From Minisyncoccota bacterium (GTDB lineage: Bacteria > Patescibacteriota > Minisyncoccia > Phycocordibacterales > UBA9973): 64,000 nucleotides of DNA. A model generated the notes under the pieces. That model was not told the origin of the DNA. It saw only the letters and a list, made by a program, of their open reading frames with translations, and did no database searches. Numbering within the stretch: position 1 is the stretch's first letter; each line of letters opens with the position of its first letter. Below are positions 48,255 through 55,604 of this stretch, one piece after another. The stretch is from assembly GCA_018061145.1 (NCBI GenBank), contig JAGOUR010000004.1:10625-74624 (forward strand), written 5' to 3'. A program made the translations under genes and the position numbers.

Positions 48255-48283
48255 AAAAAATCCGCAATTGCGGATTTTTTTTA
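48255..48283 (+). terminator. Rho-independent terminator after the dksA-like gene
   Basis: aaaaatccgcaa/ttgcggattttt followed by ttttatttat. Confidence 0.7.
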
Positions 48284-48461
48284 TTTATAAATCATTCAAA
48301 AGAAAAAATTAAATATTTCCTGAGTAGGGGGTCTTGCGAGCGGCCGGCGAGCAATTTCAGAAAATTCTTAGCAAAGAATTTTCGTACCCGGAGCAGGAAG
48401 ATATTTTATTTTTTCTTTGAAATATTTTGAGTTTTTATATTGATAGAGTTATAATTATTTT

Positions 48462-50033
48462 ATGTCATTCTCGCGAATATATTCGGCGCAGACACATCTA
48501 CTAAAAGGCAAAGTAGTAACTATCGAAGTGGACATCACAAAGGGGACACTCCATGCATTTACTCTTGTCGGACTACCAGACAAAGCGGTCGATGAATCCA
48601 AAGACCGAATGAGCTCAGCGCTCAAAAATTCTGGATTCAATTCTCCTAAAAATCAAAATCAAAAAATAGTAATCTCGCTGTCCCCGGCAGATTTAAAAAA
48701 GGAGGGACCGTATTTTGATCTGGGTATCGCACTGGCATATCTACTATCCGCAGGGGAGATTGATTTTGATCCAGAGGGAAAAATATTTCTAGGCGAGCTA
48801 TCACTCAATGGTGAACTACAAAATATAAAAGGTGCACTACCCCTGGCAGAGGAGGCCAAGAAGCGGGGCTTCAAAGAAATATTTTTACCAATCGGCAATG
48901 CGACAGAGGCAGCACTAGTGTCAGGGATAAAAATATTTGGAGCCCGAAATCTCCGCGAAGTCATCGATCATCTATCTACCCCGCGCCGTGACAAAAAGGG
49001 AAATTTACTAGAGAAAGAATTGAATAAAATCACACAGACCCCCGAGACAAAAATAATTTTTGAAAATAAAAAACATGCGATAGATTTTTCTGACATCCGG
49101 GGGCAAGAGGGTGCAAAGCGTGGATTAGAAATCGCAGCAGCCGGTGGACACAACATAGCGATGAGTGGATCACCCGGCACAGGCAAGACGATGCTCGCAC
49201 GAGTCTTCTCGCATATCCTACCAGAATTATCCAAAGAAGATATTTTAGAAATTACAGGTATTCATTCTGTCGTCGGATTACTCGATGGAGCACTCGTGAC
49301 TGAATCTCCATTCCGCGCACCACATCATACTGCGAGTTATGTATCGATGATCGGTGGTGGCACAAATCCAAAACCAGGCGAGGTCACCCTCGCACACAAG
49401 GGAGTACTCTTCCTCGATGAATTTCCAGAGTTCGAGAAAAAAGTTCTCGAGTCGCTACGCCAGCCACTCGAAGACAATATAGTATCCATCTCTCGCGCGC
49501 GAGGGTCTGCAATTTTTCCATCAAATTTTATTCTAGTAGCTGCGATGAATCCCTGCCCATGTGGCAATCGTGGTGACAAGAAAAAAATGTGCATCTGCAA
49601 ACCGATGGATCTGGATCGCTACAATAGGAAACTCTCCGGACCGATTCTAGATCGTATTGATATCTGGGTAAATGTATCATCAGTAGACTATGACAAGCTA
49701 GCCAGTGGAGGAGTCGAAGGAGACAGAACAGAGACTATCAAAGAGCGCGTAGCCCGAGCCAGAAATATCCAGGAGAAGAGATTTAAGAGTGCCACTAGGA
49801 ATATAAAAACAAATAGCGAGATGAATGTAAAAGAATTGAATGCATTTGCGCCACTATCGCCCGAGGTGCGCGAGATACTACACAGCAGTGCCGAGCGTCT
49901 CCAACTATCTGCCCGTGCATACCACAGAGTGATAAAGCTCGCCCGTACTATCGCAGACCTCGAGAGCTCTGAGCACATCACAACCCCACATATCCTAGAA
50001 GCCCTGCAGTATAGACCGCGGACACAGAATTAA
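48462..50033 (+). CDS. comM: ComM/YifB-family Mg-chelatase-like AAA+ ATPase
   Basis: Lon-like N-domain. Walker A GSPGTGKTM and Walker B VLFLDEFPEF. C-terminal Mg-chelatase subunit ChlI domain. Confidence 0.85.
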   Translation: MSFSRIYSAQTHLLKGKVVTIEVDITKGTLHAFTLVGLPDKAVDESKDRMSSALKNSGFNSPKNQNQKIVISLSPADLKKEGPYFDLGIALAYLLSAGEIDFDPEGKIFLGELSLNGELQNIKGALPLAEEAKKRGFKEIFLPIGNATEAALVSGIKIFGARNLREVIDHLSTPRRDKKGNLLEKELNKITQTPETKIIFENKKHAIDFSDIRGQEGAKRGLEIAAAGGHNIAMSGSPGTGKTMLARVFSHILPELSKEDILEITGIHSVVGLLDGALVTESPFRAPHHTASYVSMIGGGTNPKPGEVTLAHKGVLFLDEFPEFEKKVLESLRQPLEDNIVSISRARGSAIFPSNFILVAAMNPCPCGNRGDKKKMCICKPMDLDRYNRKLSGPILDRIDIWVNVSSVDYDKLASGGVEGDRTETIKERVARARNIQEKRFKSATRNIKTNSEMNVKELNAFAPLSPEVREILHSSAERLQLSARAYHRVIKLARTIADLESSEHITTPHILEALQYRPRTQN

Positions 50034-50049
50034 TACACCTCATCCGCCC

Positions 50050-50140
50050 TACGGGCACCTTCTCCTGGAGAGGAGAAGGGGGATTAATACGAATTAGAAT
50101 TTCCTCCTCTCCTTTCCAGGAGAGGGTCAGGGTGAGGTTG
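50050..50140. repeat. GC-rich double-hairpin element (copy 3, diverged) immediately upstream of the DUF559 gene
   Basis: ccttctcc-tggag-aggagaagg and cctctcc-tttcc-aggagagg. Confidence 0.55.
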
Positions 50141-50149
50141 ATTTATTTT

Positions 50150-50539
50150 ATGAAAAGAATCATCAACAATTTTAAGAGAAAAGAAATTAGAAAAAATCTC
50201 AGAAGAACCCAAACACCACAAGAGATAATCCTTTGGGCTCGACTCCGTAATAATCAAACAAATTTTAAATGGAAAAGGCAAGTAAGCATTGGATCATACA
50301 TTGCTGATTTTTATTGTCACAAAAAACTCCTAGTAATTGAGATTGATGGGTCACAACACCTAGAAAACAAAGAATATGACATAGAGAGGAGCAAATTTTT
50401 TCTTGATTTAGGGATTAGAACAATAAGATTTTGGAATAATGAAATTAATACAAATATAGATGGGGTGATACTAAAAATTGAGAGCGAATTAAAGAATACA
50501 CCTCACCCCAGCCCTCTCCTGAAAGGAGAGGGTGAATAA
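50150..50539 (+). CDS. DUF559 endonuclease-domain protein (Vsr-like / PD-(D/E)xK fold)
   Basis: RRTQTPQEIILWARLRN...IGSYIADFYCH...LVIEIDGSQH...DIERSKFLLDLGIRTIRFWNNE matches the DUF559 signature. The C-terminal 14 aa are encoded by a repeat hairpin. Confidence 0.65.
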   Translation: MKRIINNFKRKEIRKNLRRTQTPQEIILWARLRNNQTNFKWKRQVSIGSYIADFYCHKKLLVIEIDGSQHLENKEYDIERSKFFLDLGIRTIRFWNNEINTNIDGVILKIESELKNTPHPSPLLKGEGE

Positions 50540-50540
50540 T
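50505..50540. repeat. Half-copy of the GC-rich hairpin element, overlapping the 3' end of the DUF559 gene
   Basis: ccctctcc-tgaaa-ggagaggg followed by tgaataat, the same tail as in copies 1 and 2. Confidence 0.5.
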
Positions 50541-50543
50541 ACC

Positions 50544-51317
50544 TTAAATCTCTTTTTCTAATCTTTTAGCTTCGGACCAGGCAAGCTCGTAGATCTTTTT
50601 CATAGCATCGGCGATCTCGGCGGATTCTATTATAATACCTAGCTTTTCGCGCCAAGAGGCGATCATGACCTTGTTATCATAGATATTTATCTCTGGGTGG
50701 AAACCAAAACTATCAGGAACTATTACAGATTCACGCTTCTCTTCTTTATCAAGACTAGCTCGCTCGCGAGCTTCAGGTGAATCTGGGAAAATGGCACGGA
50801 TAGGAATTCCTTTTTTTGCACGCCTCTTGTAATACTCAGGGAAATAATGGGGAAGTGTCGGCTGGATATCCTCGACACTGGCATAGGCAAGAATTGTCTC
50901 ACTAGAGCTGAGAGTATCTTCATACACCTTCTGCAGTCCATCCTTTCCCTCATAAAATTTTATCTTTGGCCTATTCTCTTTATTGTGAATAGATACCAGC
51001 TCAGGAATGATCTCTTTGGCCTGCTTAAGTGCGCTCGTATATTCAGAGATCTTCTCCTCTAATATCTGCTCTATATTTTCAGGGGATTCCGCTGTGTATT
51101 CCTGCTTTGGTTCTTTGCCCGAGGTACGCACGAGCTTTTTTAATTCTAGAGATGCTAATACATGGTATGCAGTAGGGCGGTTGATACCAGCTTTGCGGGC
51201 AATCTGCGTAACGGTACCTTTTCCCAATTCCAGTAGAGCCAAATAGACTTCAATTTCTTTCTCCGAAAAGCCAATAGAAAGTAGGCTTTTTTTGATATCA
51301 AATGATGTGTTTTCCAT
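50544..51317 (-). CDS. TrmB-family transcriptional regulator
   Basis: N-terminal winged HTH EIEVYLALLELGKGTVTQIARKAGINRPTAYHVL. TrmB-like C-terminal domain. Confidence 0.7.
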   Translation of the reverse strand: MENTSFDIKKSLLSIGFSEKEIEVYLALLELGKGTVTQIARKAGINRPTAYHVLASLELKKLVRTSGKEPKQEYTAESPENIEQILEEKISEYTSALKQAKEIIPELVSIHNKENRPKIKFYEGKDGLQKVYEDTLSSSETILAYASVEDIQPTLPHYFPEYYKRRAKKGIPIRAIFPDSPEARERASLDKEEKRESVIVPDSFGFHPEINIYDNKVMIASWREKLGIIIESAEIADAMKKIYELAWSEAKRLEKEI

Positions 51318-51548
51318 CCCATTAAAAAATTAAAATAATAATGTTTATTTACAGTTTCCCGTAAGTCGATTTTCTAACGGGACAAGTATATTCATTGTAT
51401 TCCAAGCAATATATTTTGTCAATCTATATCAACAAAATTATTTAAATCTATAAAACACCCTGTTTTACAAGATTAAAATTAAAGAAATTAGTTCTGTATG
51501 CTTGACAAATATTGCATGCCTGATATTATATATATAAAATTTTAAAAC

Positions 51549-51971
51549 ATGGAACAAATAGAAAAAGGGCTCGATGACTTTCGAGTAGAAGCAGTTCGGG
51601 GTTTTTTAGGATATCAATCACTAAAGTACGATTTGTCTAAAATAACACCAATTCAAATAAAGTATTCTAGATTATGCTTTAAAAAAGAAGGATGTTTTAT
51701 CGGTGACCTCAGATTAGAAGAAGCTACTTATATTAGCGATGCGATACTTCCTAATACCGAGGTCAAAAATGTACTATTAGAGGTAGACAGAGCTGGTAAT
51801 CGGTGGCGAGTAGTCATGAAAATTAATTTTTTTGGCTTGAGCTTGTGTGTGTCCCACACGGAAGAAAAACAATTCTATCTAGTTGGAATTCCTGATAATT
51901 TTGCCCCCAGATTCAAGGTGATTTGCAGGGAAGATGACCCTAATTTTCACAGAAATGACAATCTAATTTAA
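51549..51971 (+). CDS. Hypothetical 140-aa protein
   Basis: ORF with an adequate start context. No motif recognised. Confidence 0.3.
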   Translation: MEQIEKGLDDFRVEAVRGFLGYQSLKYDLSKITPIQIKYSRLCFKKEGCFIGDLRLEEATYISDAILPNTEVKNVLLEVDRAGNRWRVVMKINFFGLSLCVSHTEEKQFYLVGIPDNFAPRFKVICREDDPNFHRNDNLI

Positions 51972-52049
51972 TTTTTCATATAGAGCAGTGGGCTAACTAC
52001 TGTTCTATATTATAAAGTTAATTTAAGTTATTATTAAATAAGTAAATAT

Positions 52050-53735
52050 ATGACAAAGCAAAATTGTAAAACATGTAGTAGCGAGTTTGAGATAAGGAAT
52101 GAGGATCTTGTTTTTTACGAGCAGATGAAAAGCCCTGCACCATTACATTGCCCTGACTGTCGGATGATGAGACGACTAGCATTTAGAAACGAGCGTACCT
52201 TGTACCGCAGAGATTGTGATCTGTGTAAAACTAGTGGAGTATCTCTATACCCAGAAGGAACAGCTTTCCCCGTGTATTGTCATAAATGCTGGTGGAGTGA
52301 TGCATGGGATCCACGCGACTTTGCAATGGACTACAACCCAAGCAGACCATTTCTTGAACAATTCAAAAAGTTACAAGCCAAAGTCCCTCGTATAGCGCTA
52401 CTAGTAATCGACTCTGTCCGATCAGACTACACAAACAATGCAGGGGAGAATAAAGATTGCTATTTAATATTTGCAGCAGAGAACAATGAGGACTGCATGT
52501 ATGGCCGTCTGGTTCAACGTTCTAAATTCTGCAATGACTGTGTCTCTACATATGACTCCGAGCTATGCTATGAATGTATCGACTGCAGGCAATGTTTCAA
52601 GTGTATGTACAGTGAACAATGTCAGTCTAGCAGTGACCTACTATTCTGCTACAACATGCGTGATTCACAAAATTGCATCCTCTGTACCAATGGTCGCCAT
52701 ATGTCGAACTCTATTTTAAATATAAAATACGATAAAGAAACTTTTGAACAAAAGAAAAGGGAAATTCTAGCGAGTCATGAGAGCATAGAGCAAGCCAAGA
52801 AACAATTTGAAGAATTAAAATCTCAATCTATTGTAAAATACGCAAGACAGACAAAATGCCACAACGTCACTGGGGACTATATGTTTAACTGCTATGACGG
52901 AATCAGGCTTTTCGACACTTCGGATTCAAAAAATTGTTCTTATATGGCTGATGCTATGGATGTAAAAGATTCTATGGATTGCAACAACTTTTATATTAAA
53001 TGTGAATTTGAATACGATATGATGGGAGTTTTAGGTGGGTCAAAAAATAAGCATGGTGTCTATGTGATGTGGTGTAACAATGCAGAATATTGTGACAGTT
53101 GCTACAATTCAAATGATCTTTTTGGGTGTATTAGACTAAACAAAGAAAGCTATTCTATCTTAAATAAAAAATATGAAAAAGAAGAATATCTAAAACTAAA
53201 AGAGCAGATAATCGAGAGTATGAAATCTGATGGAACATACGGGCAATTCTTTCCTCCAGAACTTTCTCCTTTTGGATACAATGAGACATTGGCAAAAGAA
53301 TACACTCCGATGAATAGGGAGGAGGCTCTGGCGAGAGGTTATCATTGGCAAGAAAAAAATACTGGCACATTTGGCAAGGAGACAATGAGCGAAGAGAATA
53401 TTCCGAGCTTCATAGAAAAGACTCCGGACACCATAACATCAGAGATCCTCGCCTGCAATGAATGTGGCAAGAATTATAAAATCACACAAGCAGAATTGGA
53501 TTTTTATAAACGACTAAACATCCCGATCCCGCATAAAGATTTTGAATGTCGCCACCAAGACAGGATGGGGAAAAGAAATCCGAGAAAATTATATGATGGT
53601 CAATGTATGTGTCAGACAGAAAATCATATCAATCACGAGGGCTCAAAGTGTAGCGAGATATTCAAGACGACATACAGCCCCGACAGAGGCGAGACAGTAT
53701 ATTGTGAATCATGTTACCAACAAGAAGTAGCATAA
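52050..53735 (+). CDS. Cysteine-rich 561-aa protein with duplicated terminal zinc-ribbon modules and an internal Cys-repeat array
   Basis: N-terminal CKTC...FY...P..CPDCR...RN.R.LY..DC parallels C-terminal CNEC...FY...P..ECRHQDR...RN.R.LY..QC. More than 60 Cys in total. Confidence 0.45.
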   Translation: MTKQNCKTCSSEFEIRNEDLVFYEQMKSPAPLHCPDCRMMRRLAFRNERTLYRRDCDLCKTSGVSLYPEGTAFPVYCHKCWWSDAWDPRDFAMDYNPSRPFLEQFKKLQAKVPRIALLVIDSVRSDYTNNAGENKDCYLIFAAENNEDCMYGRLVQRSKFCNDCVSTYDSELCYECIDCRQCFKCMYSEQCQSSSDLLFCYNMRDSQNCILCTNGRHMSNSILNIKYDKETFEQKKREILASHESIEQAKKQFEELKSQSIVKYARQTKCHNVTGDYMFNCYDGIRLFDTSDSKNCSYMADAMDVKDSMDCNNFYIKCEFEYDMMGVLGGSKNKHGVYVMWCNNAEYCDSCYNSNDLFGCIRLNKESYSILNKKYEKEEYLKLKEQIIESMKSDGTYGQFFPPELSPFGYNETLAKEYTPMNREEALARGYHWQEKNTGTFGKETMSEENIPSFIEKTPDTITSEILACNECGKNYKITQAELDFYKRLNIPIPHKDFECRHQDRMGKRNPRKLYDGQCMCQTENHINHEGSKCSEIFKTTYSPDRGETVYCESCYQQEVA

Positions 53736-53738
53736 ATT

Positions 53739-53768
53739 AAAATCACCCCAATATGGGGTGATTTTAAT
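53739..53768. terminator. Bidirectional terminator between the Cys-rich gene and the PG-binding protein gene
   Basis: aatcacccca-at-tggggtgatt with flanking A-run and T-run. Confidence 0.65.
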
Positions 53769-53771
53769 TTA

Positions 53772-54185
53772 TTATTTATTGTATTGTGCTCGGATCTGCG
53801 CACCAGCGATACCATCCACGGGCAAACCCTTTGAGGCTTGGAATTCACGGAGAGCTTTATCTGTCAGTGGGCCAAAGTTGTTTGTCGCTTTGTGACTAGC
53901 CAATTCTTTTGCAGCAGAACCGACGGATTTCTTTATTAAAAATTTCTGGAGAGTCGAGACATCCGCACCCTTCATACCTAGCTTCAAATTACGAACAGTG
54001 GCCTTTTTTGATTTAGCTTTTGCTTTTGGCTTTGCTGAATGGGGCGCAGTACCTACTGTGAATTTGGTTGGAGTAGGGATAAATCTTTCTGCTGAAACAA
54101 GAAGAGGTGAAACTCCTGCTAAAAATGAAGCGAATATAAAAATTGTAAATATTTTTTTAATCATTTGGTTGGAAGTCACGTGCAT
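53772..54185 (-). CDS. Peptidoglycan-binding-domain (PG_binding_1) secreted protein; start at 54164 is possible
   Basis: Signal peptide. C-terminal LKLGMKGADVSTLQKFL...LTDKALREFQASKGLPVDGIAG matches the PGBD fold. Confidence 0.6.
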   Translation of the reverse strand: MHVTSNQMIKKIFTIFIFASFLAGVSPLLVSAERFIPTPTKFTVGTAPHSAKPKAKAKSKKATVRNLKLGMKGADVSTLQKFLIKKSVGSAAKELASHKATNNFGPLTDKALREFQASKGLPVDGIAGAQIRAQYNK

Positions 54186-55257
54186 TTACTTTTAATCCTA
54201 GGTATGGATTGCTCTGTGGGCCATGGAAACCGATATGAGTATGTGGGCCTGTAGATTTACCAGTATTACCGACATATCCTATAATCTCACCCCTCTTTAC
54301 CTTATCCCCAGGTTGTACGAGAACTTTGCTCATATGACCAAATATAGCTTGTCTACCATCTGTAAAGTCGATAACCACATAAAGACCATACCCACCATTG
54401 TATCCAGTAGGGCGGGCAATCAAGACAGATCCATCATATATAGCATATATAGGTGTACCCTTTGGTGCGGCAAAGTCATAAGCATTGTCTCCGTGTAGAC
54501 CTTGAGATATGCGCCCCGTACCTCTAGGGAATGGCCAGATATAGCTACTTGAGATTGAGCCGTCTGGCTGCCCATCAGAAGCAGGCTCTTCTTTTGGCTC
54601 TTCGACTATATTTTTAACCTCTTTTACGGGGACAGCTTCTACTACGACGGGTGCTGGGGCAGGAGTTGGAGCTTGTGCTACTAGCTTTTTAGGCTGTTCG
54701 ATTAACTTTTCTGAAGAAGTAGTCTTTTTCTCTGGTGTTTTTGAAGTCACCTTGATTTCTGGAGCTTTTTCAGCCTTTTCAGTAACCTTTGGTACATTCA
54801 CAGGGATGATAGATAGGACTTGACCCACTTTTAGGACTTCGCCCTTCTTTAAGCTGGCAGCATAAACTACTGAATCCTTGGAAACCTTTAATTTTCGAGC
54901 GATGCCATCTATTGTATCTCCCTTTTTAACTACATAATTACTAATTTTCTCTGTTGTAGCGTATTTTTGAACATCATTGTTGCCGAGGAAGCCCTCTGTG
55001 GCCTCTATAGCCTGCTCACCGACAGTCCCTTGACTTAAATCTGTAACTGTATTCTTTAGTTCTGGGGTTAGATTTGATTCAAGAAGAGGGACTGTTTGCG
55101 AGTTGTGGGGCATATCACCGGTAGACTCGGGAACAACAGACGCATAGGTATCTGACCCTACAATAGCACTAAAGACATCCCCAAAAAAGCTAGCAGAGGC
55201 AGTACTAGGAGCCAGTGATACCGACAGAACAAGGGCCAAAGAAAAACAAGCTTTCAT
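54157..55257 (-). CDS. Secreted LysM-domain M23 (LytM-type) peptidoglycan endopeptidase
   Basis: Signal peptide from MKACFSLALVLSVSLAPSTASA (start 55257). LysM YVVKKGDTIDGIARKL. M23 motifs HGDNAYDF...GNTGKSTGPHTHIGF. Confidence 0.8.
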   Translation of the reverse strand: MKACFSLALVLSVSLAPSTASASFFGDVFSAIVGSDTYASVVPESTGDMPHNSQTVPLLESNLTPELKNTVTDLSQGTVGEQAIEATEGFLGNNDVQKYATTEKISNYVVKKGDTIDGIARKLKVSKDSVVYAASLKKGEVLKVGQVLSIIPVNVPKVTEKAEKAPEIKVTSKTPEKKTTSSEKLIEQPKKLVAQAPTPAPAPVVVEAVPVKEVKNIVEEPKEEPASDGQPDGSISSSYIWPFPRGTGRISQGLHGDNAYDFAAPKGTPIYAIYDGSVLIARPTGYNGGYGLYVVIDFTDGRQAIFGHMSKVLVQPGDKVKRGEIIGYVGNTGKSTGPHTHIGFHGPQSNPYLGLKVNARDFQPND

Positions 55258-55472
55258 AGTAAAAGCTTTATTTTGCAAGGCTATTTGGGGAAAATTGGCT
55301 TTCTGCTCTAGGAGCTCGTGGCGCAGATTTTCCTTTTTAGAGAAAAATGATTGCATAAGAAATGTGGGCGTACGGACAGGCGGTCATCTGAGGGAAATTA
55401 TCCACTATTCTGTATTGCAGGGGTATATTCCCCCTGTCTATATATGGTACCGCAGGGGGTATATGTAGTCAA

Positions 55473-55504
55473 CCATAGTTATGCACATATGTGCATAACT
55501 ATGG
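55473..55504. promoter_or_regulatory. 32-bp perfect palindrome CCATAGTTATGCACATATGTGCATAACTATGG (candidate operator)
   Basis: Exact reverse-complement symmetry. Lies in the divergent intergenic region between the M23 peptidase gene and the 989-aa gene. Confidence 0.5.
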
Positions 55505-55604
55505 GAAAACATAGGCACCGAGAATGGGGGTATTTTCTTTGACAACACACAACTTAATATTGTAAAATATAGGTACTTTTAATATTAAAACTTACAAACA
55601 TATT

